Assembly: GCA_051294375.1 (NCBI GenBank) | Contig: CM119267.1 | Span: forward strand, 18,330,992 to 18,394,991 | DNA from: Paraspadella gotoi | Lineage: Eukaryota; Animalia; Chaetognatha | DNA: 64,000 bases | Reading direction: 5' to 3' | In this document: piece by piece, positions 11,555 to 25,900 of the stretch | Numbering within the stretch: position 1 is the first letter of the stretch | How the letters are laid out: every line of letters begins with the position of its first letter | The notes under the pieces: generated by a model | What the model saw: the letters and a program-made list of their open reading frames with translations, nothing else | The model's database searches: none | Told to the model about the DNA's origin: nothing | Position numbers and translations under genes: made by a program

Positions 11555-14500
11555 ATATTATAAATGATAATTTTTCCTCTTCATAACTGGTGACCCCGAG
11601 TTTATAAATCTTTAAATATATAAATAGATATATGAACGACTTGAATGTGTTTATGGGAGTTAGGTCGAAAGAAAAGTGGGTACAATGCTAAAAAATAAAG
11701 ATTTTTGACTGACGAGATAAGCTTTCAAAAAATAGAGGTACGCACCAATATTTTGACCAAGGAGAAAACCACAGAATGAAAATCCTATGCTTTGAAACTT
11801 CCAATGATATAAACCTGAACCTTTCACTCTGATTTTGACGCTATCAAAATCAATTCCAAATACCGAATTTTGTTCAACCTAAGATGAAAAATCAAACATC
11901 AGTTCAAATGATAGCAATTACAAAGCAAAAAAAGTTACCAAAAAGTTACGATAGGTTTCCGTCAATTGTGAGACAAATTCAAAGTTGGTCCGATTATTTA
12001 CTTCATAGAAAAACAAAAGTTGGTGATCATTTTGACCAAAAGAATCTATATCATCTTCTAGTAATCCCAACCGAGACATGTCCTAAAATAAAACGCTCTG
12101 AAATAGCCCCAAAACACTTATTGGGAAGATTTTTTTTCATGTACAGCAATTGCGGGTCACCGTTGAAACAAGGATGTGTAAAGACATGAGCAAACTTAAT
12201 GTAATTTTAAATGATGGTCGGAATAGATTTATTTTATATATATGTATGTAATATCTATTTTAAAAATATCACTTGGAATTTGTAGTTAAAAATATATGCA
12301 CATACCTTATACGTAATTTAGTCGGCTATATCCAGGATTACTCCATTAAATATATTAATTCCTTAACCTTTTAAGATCTAAAAGCCTAATTAACATGAGA
12401 GAAACTAATCATATTTTTTAACCTAATTGCAAGTAATAAACTAGGAATTATGACAATTAAATCATTAATTATTTAGCTATTAATTGAACCACAAATAAAC
12501 ATGATCATTTACTAATGTGAAATAATAATATTAAACCTTTAAGGTAATAGAATAAAAATTTTTCAAAGCTTAATAAGAACACGACAATATGCAAATGAGA
12601 ATGAGGAACTCAATCTCATTTCAGACAATTCACAAATTAATCTGCTACACAAGCACCGAGTATATTTTTTCATTATGAGATAACTGTGCTATAAGCAAGA
12701 ACAATTTTGCCAAATATTTCGTCATCAGGGGAAAAAAGACAGCAACAGATTAAAAATAGGAAATAATCAAACTTACAATTTAAAATATATGACAAAATAT
12801 TTGGCAATATTGTTCTTGCTTTTACTATTAAGTTATAGCACAGTTATCTCATAATGAAAAACTACTTAATATCAACTAATTATTTTGCTTTCAAAAACTT
12901 ATTTGATAGTTTTATCAAATCGTCTTCCTCAGAGGTGTATTAAAATTACAGAAAAAAAAAAGAGAAAAATATTGTACAGGGAGTCGAATGGCTTTTTAAA
13001 GGTAAATGTTTTAATACCATCATTTTCTCTCTTATGGTCGAACATTTCAGTTGAAAAGGTTTCCAATCTTCATTCGAAGTTTGCTCCAAAACAATAGTCG
13101 AGACCTGTCAGCAAATCAAAAAATTGTCCTATATAATATATGAGACCTAAACAGCTAACAAAGTCTCTTACTTGCTGAATACAATCGGATTGCTCCTCTA
13201 AAAAACCCTTAGTTAAACCGTAGCAATCGCCACCAAGTTCAAAACATTTCTTTCGCGATGTATAGTTTTTACAACCTCTGAAGCATAAAATATGAATTCA
13301 AAATTATTGTATAAATTCCCATCTTTTCCCAAAAGTCATACGACGGTATCATAAAATTTTAAGAAAGCATATCTACGTGCGGCAGCAGAAACTGTTCTTT
13401 AAGCAAAGGCGTATGTAGCATGCATTCATGGAACAATTACTCTCCCTGTGTTCTAATATTTACTCGAGTAATTCAAAAGCGGAGACGACTGACCTGCACA
13501 AAGGACACTGAGTAGAGGCTACTTTAAAACTCGATTTAGCCGAATGGCCGTAATTTGGTCTGTGAAATTGGATAGCCTTGGACTTTTTGGGGGGTTTGGC
13601 GTTGTAAATATTAGTGGTCCTGGGAATGGCGCGACCTTCGTCCGATGGCGGACGATAATTTTCCGGAAGAGTCGCGAAAGGCGTGCTGTTTAGCGAACAG
13701 TGAAAAGCTAAAAAGAAACGTGTATTCGAGCCGAGTAGTTTCAACTTAAGTTTGCCTAAATTCGGGCAAAGAGACCACACGGTTTTCGCATTCCAGCTTA
13801 AGGTTCGTTAAGCATCCGTGCCTTACGATGAAGCTGTTGTGCCCCTCCTTAAACACATTTTGGAAAAAAAAAACATTACTGATTACTTAACCGGGATAAC
13901 GAATTTCGAAAACTTACCTGGCATTGCATCGGAAGTAAAGGAAAAACGGAGTAACCTGCTACTATTCCTTTTGCATATCTATTTTGAGTAATGTTGAAAG
14001 TGACGTCTTCTTCGAAAAAACGACCCAACTAAAACCCAAACTATGATGTAATTTTTTTTAATAAGAGCCTCATAAGCCAAACCCCCTCCCACCTTGGGTA
14101 AGGTAGTTATTCTCGCCCCATTAAACTTATTAAAAATATTTAAGTAAAAAACTGGCTGACTCTCCAATGCGGCAGCGAGTTGACTTTTTGGAATTAACAT
14201 TTGCTTCTGACTTTTTAGGATGAAACGCATAGTATCGCCAAGATCAGCAGTAATCGATTTCTTGTAAAGTACTATTCGCCTATTGAAATAAAAAAAATTA
14301 TCAAGAACAATGTTAGATGTGAACATACCCCTTCCTTAACCCACTTGACTCCGCACTCGAAGTACATAATGGCGGGAGGAGGCATCTCCGTTTTCGAGAC
14401 ATTAGGTTGCGGCGGTTTAATGTCAATGGTCAACTCTTCAGAGGCAAACCACCGTTCGGAAGTGAAATTTACGCCGTTTAACTTATTTAAGACCTCTTTA

Positions 14501-17500
14501 TATTTTTCGAAAGGCTTTTCCGTAGGCCTAACCAATTTTTGTCCGGGCAGAACTAGAAAACTCAAAGCATTTGAGCGCGTGAGCAAAACCAAGTTCCAAA
14601 AGGGTTTTAGATCGGAGCAATTCGCCGGAGGAACCGCGTTGGGATCAGGCGCAATCGCGTAACTGGTGTTATTGCCGTTGGTCGAGAGCGTTAATGTGCA
14701 ATTTGCTTTTTTGAAATTCACGGGCCATCGAGAAGGAGCAAGAGCGATGGCACGCGCGTACGCGAAAAAACCACTGGACGATTTTTGGGTCTTTAGTCTG
14801 CAGAAAATAAAAATATCAACTAAAACCAATTATTAGTTTTAATTTTTATAATATATCGTATTACTTTCACAATAAATTTCAAGCAACGCATACATACATA
14901 GTGTAACTACCGTAAACGTTTAACCAAGGAATTCAAATGTTTAATGTCGATGCTACTAATGAGACTTTTCAAAGAATTACATTTCGTTACCAGTAAAGAA
15001 CAATCTGAATAACTTGAAATCGTAAAATCAGTCCGTGATCTTGGAATAACAATGAAATATTAAGCACGACCTACTTGAACGTTGCCTCGATGAAAAACTC
15101 CCCGAGAGGTTTCGTAGGATTAAGATCAGATCTGTTGCCGGAGGATTCGTTGCCCGAGGATTTTATGCCGGAGGATTCGTTGCCTGACGAGTTGTGGCCG
15201 GAGGAAATGAAGATAATATTATTTTTCTCTAAGAGACTGGAGCTGCTTGGAAAGGCGCCTTCGATGAACTCGTGCAACAAAACTCGTCTCCTGGTTAACC
15301 TCTCCACAAGGATTCGCGACTTTTTTTCGGCCTTGACGCCGCCGCAATTTTTCGCGTTTGAGGCGCAGCGACTGCGAAAGTCGAAAATCTTGTACCACTC
15401 TGCACGGAAAAGAGGGGGAACGCTAAATCATTGTTTAACGCCCCAATGACTAATGATTATCTTATCACGTGATTGTATTTTCAGTTGACGTGAATACGTG
15501 ATGCTACATAGACAATATGTCTCCACGACCAGTGGTCGTCGTCGACCACATATCAAGATAAACCATTTTGTACTTAGTACTTAAGTGTGATGCTTCCGCG
15601 CAACATCGTCTCTTGGCCGAAAACCATCATAATAAATAGAATTAAAAAACCATCATAATAAATAGAATTAACGAAAATGATTCCGAATTAATATAGTTAT
15701 GACCTAATTATTGGTTAAGATTGTTTAATTATAGTAGTAATTATTGTTATTGCAGCATGCAAACAAATTCTATCTATATGAAAGATAAAAATAAATAAGA
15801 AATAAAAAAGACTTTCTTTCTATTTAAAGTCATTTCTACTAGTGCGAATCCATAAAAACTTGATTTCAACCTCAAACATACTTTCTTACCCACAAAATTG
15901 TACCTTAATACACCCATCCAATCTACGAATAATTGGAGTTTAAAAATAAGGGGAGAAACAGACACGCGGATATCATTCTCTTACACAATTTTTCTTAATT
16001 CGATTTTCTTAAATGAATGACCAAGACATGGGGGGCGACCAACAGACTAATTATTATACAGGGAGGTCCAGCTCTAATGGAACTACAGCACAAAAATGGT
16101 TGGGTTAATTTTACTTTCGCCGACCGGGATTAGAGGGTTTAGGGTTGAGGGTGGTTTAACTTTTTTATTTCACATAGGAACATGTTTCGGCCTTATGTAT
16201 AAGCCTTCACCAGCGTTTGATAAATCAGACAAATTCTTCTCTTAACATTAAGTCAGAGAGAGAGAGAGAGAGAGAGATTGAGAGAGAGAGACAGAGAGAG
16301 AGAGAGACAGAGAGAGAGAGAGACAGAGAGAGAGATAAAGCTTCCAACAAAGGTTGAGAAAAGGACAGTGGTCAGATTGAGGACAGGTGAAGGTAAGGAG
16401 AGAGAAGAAGAGGAAAGTGGTTGAAATGTGAATGGTGAAAATTTGAAGAGACAGAGAGAGAGAAAATATTTACATTTTGTAATGTACAACAAAGATAAAG
16501 AAATAAACAATTCCATAACAATAAGTAAACTTAATGCTTAAACTAGTAGATTTGACTGAGAATATTTTAACTAGTTAATAAATTTTAATTAAAGTTAAAT
16601 TTAGAATTTTTACAACGGTTTAGTGAATGGGGTTTTAGGGTAATTTGGAAATAATTTATTTTATGGTAATCCCAATAGAGCTGGACCTCCCTATATTAAA
16701 AGTATAAAAAATACCCTTGAGCTTTATCTTTAGTAAGCCTGGAGCCTTCTTGAAGGTTATAAATCCGCCCACGCGTTCGACAGATTTCGGATTTATTAGC
16801 GGCAAAGGTATTAAATACTGAAAGCGAAGGTATGATTACCAATGTATCTTTATTTAGATAGTGACTTTTAAAAATGATTACCGCAGTATATGTTTCGTTT
16901 CCGGTTAAATGTAGTTCTCCGACCATTTGGATTGGATCGATGTTTTTAGCAGAGTATAGAATGCTTTTATTTCTTTTTATTATATCGAGTGCTGCAAGAA
17001 AATCAACATACGACCACTTATTCCTTGAAATGGAGCCCCCGCAAAAAATTATGTATTCAAAAGTTTAACCGACCGATGATAAGATATCCACTTTGCCATG
17101 GTTGAAAATTGAAGGCGCCGATTCGGTAATTTTCATTGAAAGGTTCTAATCGCTTCAAAGAGAAGAAGTTTCCCGCGTCGATGGATTCCCAAAGGCGAAA
17201 ATTTGTTAGCACATAGATGGATCCGGATTTCTGGTTCGCACCGACAAACGCCAATTTTTCCCCCTCGACAAAATCGAAGAGAACGGGCGCGAACTCTGGG
17301 CGGGATCGGAGCCGCAAAGCAACAACGCCCTGACCAAAGGAGAATGCGGTAAAAGCAAAACTGTAGGTATGCGTCAAAACTCAACGCGAGCGAACCTCCA
17401 CGGTATCGTCCGAGTACTTCAACTTGCCAAGATCGGGAATGACGCGGTGAACAACAAGGCAATATTTTCCATTAGATTTTTGGTATAGAAATATAACGTC

Positions 17501-20144
17501 GTTCATGACGAAGTTGAGAAATACGAAAGATAGTTCTTTCAAGCCTAAATTTTGAATGCTAACTAGCTAATAACTTAGCGAGCCAGGTTGAGATGAAGTA
17601 GCAGTTACTGTACCAGACAAAATTTGACGGTTTTGCTTCTTCGTCCCAAAGAAGGTATCACGTAACGTTCTAAAACCTTGAGAGATAGTTTTCTTAACTG
17701 TCCAGTTTGGTTCGATACAGGTTTTGGAATTATTCATTTGATGTCCCAACCAGACGTGGCATGTATCGATGTTTTTCGTGGAACCACAAACAACAATAAT
17801 TTGAACAGAGAGCGGATAGTAGTACTCCTTACGTTCTATGAAATATAACGGAGTTTTAAACTAAAATGACTTAGATATTACAACGCAAGGATTAAAATTT
17901 TTACTCTCCCTGTCGAGTTTCTAGGGCTTGATTTATTTGTTTATTGTAAATCTTACCCCCTGAAATTGTCCATTTTTTCCCCCCAATTTTTTCTTCCGTA
18001 AATTAAACTTTTTTTTTCCTATGAGGATTTGTCTCTTACTTTCTTTACTATAAGCATTTTCTTTTTAATTTCTATAAAAATTTGCTTTTTTGTCTTTACC
18101 CTCAAGAACTTCATTTGCATTGCTTTACACAAAATACTAAATTTTTATATGTTTGATATATTGATTGATATATAAATAAAGAAGCATTTTTAAAAATAAA
18201 ATAACAATCAAATTTAGTTTAAACAAAAAAACAATCCTATTAAATTTTCTTTATGTTTTCACCTAGAAGGGTCTTCAAAAAAAGTTGTTATAAATGAAAA
18301 ACATTTCAAATAAATTTTATCTGCACCTACTAGATTTTTATTTATACCTGCTTTTCAATAAAATAATTGTTTTTTAAAATTTTTGTCGTAGTAAGTTGAG
18401 TTTAAGCTCTTGAAAGCGATTTACATGTATTGGCGCAGCCACTGGTTTTATTCTTGCTGGTTCATAATAAATTGAAATAAAAGGTGTTTTTTACCTGGAG
18501 CTTATTTCTTTCGGACCGCTTATATTTATTTTCTTCTAAAAACTTAGAACTTAATGGTTTATGTAATATTCTGTTTATCCTTTCCTGATCTCGTAATTAT
18601 TGCGAGCATGTTAAAATAAAACACCCAAATCTCACCCGGTAAGAAGTTGGACGTGACGATACCTCCCACGTTGTTAGAACCCCTGTAAGAATCGGGAGAA
18701 GTTCCCAGACTACAAGTGAACTGATGATAAAAATGTCCGTTAGTAGGCAAAATATTGTGGTATTCAACGTCCACGGTGCCTAGAAAGACCAAAATAAGGA
18801 GTAAACTGAAGTGAGAACCAGTATGCCCGCTGTTCGAACCTCCGTCGCGGGACTTTCGCATGGAGCAAACAAAGTTTTCCGAGGCTATCAGGCCTTTGTC
18901 GGTTTGAAAGGCGATGAACGTGGACGAGACGGCAAACTCGGTGAGATCCAACTTCCCCTCGCAGCTCTTTCCCTTAAAGCTTTTTCCCAGCGCCGCGCGA
19001 CAGAAACTAGAGCTGGCGTCGACTTGCCAAACACGCGTCGCTCGAAAGTCGGACCGGTCAACATCCATCAGGGTCGCAATGAGGAAAATCTGCGTTATTA
19101 GAAAAATTACAAGAGGAAAACCTGGAAAAAACCTGGGTTATTGCGAAGAAACCACTTCTAGCAAATGGAGTATTATAAGAAAACCTTTCCGCCGGACAGG
19201 AACGCAATAAAAGCCGAGTGGTATAAGCAGGTGTGCTGTCTGAAGAAAATCTTATCGATCGGAACATCGAACTCTTTACGGTCTTTGACGTGGCGACCAT
19301 AGCGCACGTTCGGGTTCAACGGTGGAATCGTTTCCAGGTCGATAATCCAATAAAATGGCGAGGTGAAGGTTATCATATGTACTTGGACCATCGAGTAGGA
19401 AAAAGTGTGACGTTCAGAGATCTCCACTATTGGAATGTGGCAGAGAGTCAGGTTGCAAAAAACTCTTCAGGTTGGGTGAAAGAAACGAAGGATGCAAGTA
19501 TGAGTAAGAAAAAAACAAAGAAATTAACCTATAAGTTCCCGCTCATCAATCCAAAAAATCGTCTGCCTTTGACCAGAAACATTTCGCACCCAGGTAAGCA
19601 AGAGAGTATTGTTAAACCGTAAATTCTTTTTTTTTCCCTTTCCAACACCCCCTGCCCCAGCTCACTGGTCGGAGATTGACTGATCCTGAAAAGGGAAGTT
19701 CGCGGATTTCTTGTCCTTCTCAAAGGTTATCTTCGTGTATATTAAGTCGCTCCCGGAGCATCTTTCTGGGATGGTCATTTCGACCAGGTTATAGTTGTCT
19801 AGTCGCGAATGCCATAGGGCCAACGTAGGAAAAATGGGACCATCCTGCACGTTCATTTCGTTGGCAATTTTTCCCACAAAACGAACGTAGATAACGATTT
19901 TTTTCTGATCTGCCGCGTCGAAATGTAGACAAACATAAAATAAAGGATTAGTGTCGAAACGAAGAAAACTAAATATGCGATATTCACTTTTGCCGAAGGT
20001 GATCGCGCCGTTTTCAAATATGGGTTTTTCATCGCAGACATTTGGACCAAAGTCGTCCCAAAAAATTTGGAGCCGAGTATCGCGATTGTCACTTCCTTGG
20101 ATGCAGAGAGGCCTCCACAAAAGAGTCAGAAGCAGAAAAATCAT
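11555..20144 (-). CDS. CATSPERB: CatSper channel auxiliary subunit beta
   Basis: Signal peptide MIFLLLTLLW. Motifs FIAFQTDKGLIASE, LWESIDAGNFF, NYRPPSDEGRAIPRTTNIYNA, GCKNYTSRKKC...SDC and IRVKGSGLYHW...FSFC occur in CATSPERB order. The last exon and stop are uncertain. Confidence 0.8.
12665..12861. mobile_element. MITE-like inverted repeat in a CATSPERB intron
   Basis: ttttcattatgagataactgtgctataa...gcaagaacaattttgccaaatattt is mirrored by aaatatttggcaatattgttcttgc...ttatagcacagttatctcataatgaaaa. Confidence 0.7.
16060..16692. mobile_element. TIR-bounded composite insertion containing TTAGGG-like repeats and a hammerhead/GA repeat
   Basis: Terminal inverted repeats agggaggtccagctctaatgg and ccaatagagctggacctccct. 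Confidence 0.7.
16176..16218 (-). ncRNA. Degenerate minimal hammerhead ribozyme motif
   Basis: CTGGTGA-A-GGCTTAT/ATAAGGCC-GAAA-CATG-TT. The core has an A-to-G change. Confidence 0.6.
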
Positions 20145-20413
20145 TTCAAAAGCGCCTAGTGAAAAAATGAAAATTTACCAGTACGTTTTTTTACTCAGGA
20201 AGCTAATAACATACACAGGCGCAAAATATAAACAATAAGCCTTCATTTTTATTGTTACAACGGGAATACGTAGACGTGAGGTATATACAAATTCAAGGGA
20301 TTATCTTTTAACGCTGCTCATCTTCAGCAGTCCAAATTTATTGAGAGAAGTGACAAAAGATGCATTGACTAGGATGGTCTTCCTCATCCAACGCCGTGCG
20401 GCGGCGTCGCCTC

Positions 20414-22561
20414 TTACTCCATTTTGCTCATCTCGAATTTCGTCGTCATGATCTCCTCGTCAGAGTCCAACAGGCTGGGCAACGCGGCGTCTGCCACCGA
20501 GGTCGGAATATTTTCCTCGACCCATCTGAGATCTTCTTCGAGCTTTTCGTCGACGGTCTTTGCGGCGTCCTTAACTCCACCACCTTCGCCGATGTGCGAT
20601 CGGAGCTTCATGCCTTCGTAGGCCTCAGACATCATCGGCTCTTCTTCAGGATCGGCGTCTTCGGCATCGTCGAGCAAAGCCGAGAACGCGTAGCGTTGGT
20701 TGTTGGCCGTGGGGCGCCACAACACCATGATGACGGCCAAGAGAATAGAAAACAGCGCGTGCCAGAAAGCCTCGTCCACCCATAGTTCCTTCCAATCGGT
20801 CAGACACTCGACCACCTTGTGGGAGCGGATGGACCAGATCATGAAGGCGACCGAGGCCAAAACGGAAAATACAATCACGTTGGCCAAATGGCGGAAGAGG
20901 TTTAGTTTCGTAGTGTTGCGGCGCAGACGCAGCGTTCGCATGGTCTGAACGAGGGAAGTGAAGACCCACCAACATATTCCGGCGTCGATGACGGCGAGAG
21001 GAATCTGAAAGGGAAAAATCCTTATCCTAAAAAATCGAAGGACCTTAGCATAAGTTCAAAAGTTAAAATCGCGATCGATATTCCTTGTGTCGGACCTGCG
21101 CCAAAAGCAGCTGTTGACTCTGATCCGCGGAATGTTTAAAATTCCTGAGCCCGGCTTCGATGCTGCCCAACACGAAATAGACGCCGCCCAGCAGCAGGAT
21201 TCGATGAAGGAGGGGCCCCAGGCGCGGCTTCACGATACCGAAACCGAGCGATACGATGATGACCAGCATCCGGGCCAAAGTCCGTTTCGCACACGACACG
21301 ATCTCGGCGAACAAAACTGGTTAAATGATGGATATGAAGATGGAGATGCACTTGCAAATAATCTATAGCCCCCATTTTATTCTCACTCACCCGCTCCTGG
21401 GACTGAAACCCCGGAGGAATTAATTGTTTCGTATTCTGCATAGAAAACTGCCTTTTCCAACATGCCGAGGATAATGACCCCGCCAATCCAGAACTGAATT
21501 TGCAAAAGGTCGCGCCACTGGCAGGACAACGCCACAAGCCAAGAAACTCCGAATATCACGTACACCAAGCACATAATGCCGAAAAACGGTCGCTGAAGAT
21601 ATTAAGATTAGAATAAATCTAAAATCTAAATCCATTTGAATTTGGTAGCTAGTTGTACCTTGGGATAATCTGCAGCAGACAAGTAACCGTAAGAGGCTTT
21701 CATCTCTACGCGCATTTCGACGCTGATGGATGCGTTATCCGAATTTGGAGTCACGCCGACGACGAAGAGATAAACACCGTCCTCCCAGGTCTTAGCCACC
21801 ACGTGAGCGTCTTTCTTGACCGGCTTCTTGGACACTGAGGGGGTCGCCGGCTTGGATGCCTTGGAGGGCTTGCCCGCAGGTTGGCTCGGGGCCGCTCGCT
21901 TGGCTCGTTCCGCGGTCGCTGAGGCTATGGCCTGCGACGCCGCGGAAGTGGCTGCCGGCTCGACCGGGCAAACGCTGGCGTTCTGAAGAACCACCACTTC
22001 CTCGAAAACGGCTGCAAATTACGAGAGAATATGCGATAAGCGATTTCTTTTTCCGACTTTCGAATCTTTTACCTTGTGAGCCATCGCAACTAACGGTGGT
22101 TTTCCCGCTCATCCACTCGACGAGGCAATAAGCAAGTTTCCCGTTAAGTCGCCTCGATTCGAAGGTGCCCGGTTGATTTAGATATTGCTTGGATCTTTCC
22201 TCTCGCGTTTGTTCCGTCTCGCTGAGAAGAGTGATGTATTCATCGGCGCAACCTGAGACAGAGAATGAAAGCGTGGGTCAATCATGTTCTGAAATTATTT
22301 TCGGGTCGCGTTTAACTCACCCGTCTTTCTGAGGACCCAGTCGACCACGATCTCGAGGTTCTTATCTTCAGCGGCGCAAGAGATCTTGAGCGAGACCGAG
22401 GTTTGATGAAACATGCTCTTGGCGAAAGGGCGGACAAATTGACCGACTGAGTCGATTTTCTGGTCAAATTTGCCGTTCTCGGCGTAAGGGAAAACGACTG
22501 TCGGGACGGCCAGGAGGACGGCAAAGAAAAGGAGGGGTCGGAGATCTGCGTAGTCGCCCAT
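20414..22561 (-). CDS. TMEM87A: TMEM87/GOST seven-TM protein
   Basis: Signal peptide, YGYLSAADYP, WRDLLQIQFWIGGVI, KRTLARMLVIIVSLGFGIVKPRLG, LWRPTANNQRYAF, C-terminus FEMSKME. The A/B paralogue cannot be distinguished. Confidence 0.93.
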
Positions 22562-22925
22562 CGTCTCGGAAGCCTTCGATAAAAGGATCAGCGTCGGTTT
22601 TACGTATTCCTAAATTCAAATTTCTGTCCTTTTCTTTAAGTTTTGGCATTAACAGTGTCAAAATAACAGGAGTAATATAACGTCTTATCCTCGAGTATTA
22701 ACATTGGTTTTTTTTTTAATGTAAACACGAACGCTGAAAATGTAACAATATTTAAAAACTCATGATTTTTTTATACCAGTAACAAAACGAATAGGTATAA
22801 AAGGAAAAGGGCGTTGAGTCAATGCTATAGAACTGGTACAAAAATTTAAAACAAAACAAGACTATTGAAATTAATAAAAGAATCAGTCAAAAGATGGGAG
22901 GAAATATTGTAAAGGGATCACGGAT

Positions 22926-25900
22926 TCATGGATCAACCCTCGATCTCTTGGCTCTCGTTCGAGCCCAACAAATCCCATCGCCATCGCTACTTCCGGTCCC
23001 CGACGCAAAGGAGGAAGGTCGTTTGATGCGAAAATTAGCAGCGGCAACGATTTCGTCCGCGGGGCGATCCACAGCGGCCGTTCCGCCGCCGTGACGGTCA
23101 TTTCCGTTTTCATCGGCGTCCCTATCTCCCACTGACGGCGTGACGCAACGGCGATCCGGCGTCAATGATCCCAAAGCTCTGGGGACGAATTGTGGAGATG
23201 GGGACTTCTCTCGGACCCTGCCTCCGTAGACTAGACCGTCGACAACGTCCTTGGTCGCGGCGTCGTCGAGCCATTCGGCGTTGAGGGCGGCGCCGGCAGT
23301 GACCCGGCGGCGCGGATCGATTTGGAGAAAAGCGCCGACGAGAGATTTGGCGGCGAAAGAGATGGAGGACCAACGGGTCGGAGGGAATGAGTAATCGGCG
23401 AGTAGAATTTGTTGACTGGTAGGAAGAAATAAATATGAGAATTTTAAAGAAAATATTCGAAAACTCAGGCTATCAACAAGAATCATTTACCTTAATGGCA
23501 AATCCGCTCGACCTTCGTGAAACGGCAAATCGCTTGCTAAATAGTAAAGAAAATTCACCGATCAAGCAAAATCTCTAATGATGAAATACAAAGATTTCTT
23601 GTGCTAGTACAGGGGTGGACTAAACTTAACGTCCTGCCCTGTCTGAACGATTTGAGATACAATAATAAAATAGGTGCCAAAAGATTTTTCTGTCTTTTTA
23701 CTTTCATATGCAATGAAACAATAACAAATTTTAAACAACTACTGGGCGTTGTGGCTGTTATTAAATCATTTAATCATTTTTATTCGCGCACCTTACATTG
23801 CATAGTATAAAAGCCATACTTGTTAATATTTTTCAGTGGTCGTTTCTGAATATGATAGTGGTATGTATTCTATTTAATTTCTTCTAATTTCAGATTTTCA
23901 TAACCATCCAAATAAACTTAAGTAAAACAAAATTTTTAGAATATTTTAAGGAATAAGCTCAAATCGTCAAATACTTTGTATTTTTTGCTGACTTGACTTG
24001 ACTTAACTTGATCATGCATTCTGAAATCTGACATGATTAATTTATATATCTGACAATATCATTATTAAATTTTTAAATAAAGGTCAGTTTTAATAAAAAT
24101 TGGACTATAATAGGAACTTACCTGAACCTTACTTACCTCAACATTTTTTTGACAAAAATTTTTTTGACAAAAATGTAATGTATACCATGCTAAAAGTATT
24201 CTTATAAGCATTTTCATTAATAATTTTATCTGGCATGTTTTTAGAATGGGATTAAACAATAAGTAGTCAAACATTTTTCTTCAAAACCGCGAGGAAAAAA
24301 CAGAGCAGTTGACTTTGCTTCATTAAAATAAGCATTATATCAAAGAATTTCATAACAATTAATATATCGGATAAAAGCTAGGAAAGAGCATAATTTGAAT
24401 CTTTATTCAGATTTCGAAAATCATTAACAGTTTTAGCGTAATGATTTTTTGAATTTTGTCTCGATATATGGTCTCACCCCTGTACTTGCGTACAACTCAC
24501 CCAAGCAAAAGTACAAAAGAACGCCTAACGACCAGAGGTCGACGGCTGAGGTATATGAGGCGCCACCTTGTGCGCGAATCACTTCGGGCGCCACGAACAA
24601 CGGCGTCCCGCAAAAGGTGGTCATCGACGACATGGTGCTGGCCAGTTTTGCCAGACCAAAGTCCGTAACTTTGCAGACGGTCTCGGAATCGAGAGTCATG
24701 AGCAGGATGTTCTCGGGTTTCAAATCGCGATGTGTGACGCCGTTTGAATGGAGGTAATCAACGGCGGACGCGATCTAAAGTTCGTTGTAGGAATGGAACT
24801 TTCATCTATACTACACAGTACACACTTATACATAGATATTATATATAACTTTATATATTTTATTTCGCAATGCGAACCTGAAGAAAAAAGATCTTGGTCA
24901 GCCTTTCGCCCAAGGGGCCCCGATTATTCTTTAGTCGAGTATGAAGATCGCCGCCTTCGGCCAACTCGAGGACGAGGTAGAAAGCCAGCGGAGAGTCAGA
25001 CACCAATTCGATGCCGATGACGCAGGGGTGAGAAATGGCTCGAAGGATCTCGATCTCGCGCTACAAAAAAAACAAAAACTTAACACAATTTAAGAACATC
25101 TCAATATAGCAATATCGGAAAGAAATTTTCGAGGAACTTCACTTCTTATCGGACAATCATTCAGTTGAATACCGAGTTGTTTTATTCATTTATTGGCTAA
25201 ATTTTACTTTCGCCGACCGCGGTTTTGGCGGATTTTGAAAAACTACTTAAAAATATTTAATTAAAAACAAAAATTTTATCTAATTACCCTAACCCTAATT
25301 ACATTAACCCTAACCCTAAACCATCCTTAACCCTAACCCCGGTCGGCGAAAGTAAAAGTAACCCCATTTATTAATGATTATTAATTGACCGAAAACCTAG
25401 ACAAAATCCGTACCCGAGTCTGCAAGGACGGAGAGAGGCCTTTGTAGCGAGACTCCACGCCGCCAAGAGGCTCAGATAAAAGTTGCTCTTTGTTAATGAT
25501 CTTGACGGCGACGCGACGGCACGTCCGCTTGTCGAAAGCCAGACGCACCTCTCCGTAGGCACCTGATCCCAATACTTTGCCCATTGTAAACGCACAGGAA
25601 ATCTCGGCTGGCATCTGAGTAAGAACAGTTAATGTTGATCGTTCGTAGCGAATATTTACTAATGACATATATAGGGGACATATATAGGGGATTCCAGCCG
25701 CCAAAATTCCAATTCTTTTATTGACAATTATTTGAATTTTTCTTTTAAATATTCCATCGATATATAACATATTTTCGATCGAAAGACCCGAACTTAATCA
25801 ATAATAAAGGGAAGGGTTATGTCTACTTTAAAATTATGATTGTTTCTGGTGACGAAAAGTGAAGACAAAGCAAAGAACCTCGGGTTCTTAATTATCGTTT

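Noticed and set aside
12705-12730. CTGATGA...GAAA on the minus strand
   Set aside because: There is no stem II between the motifs, and it is part of a MITE.
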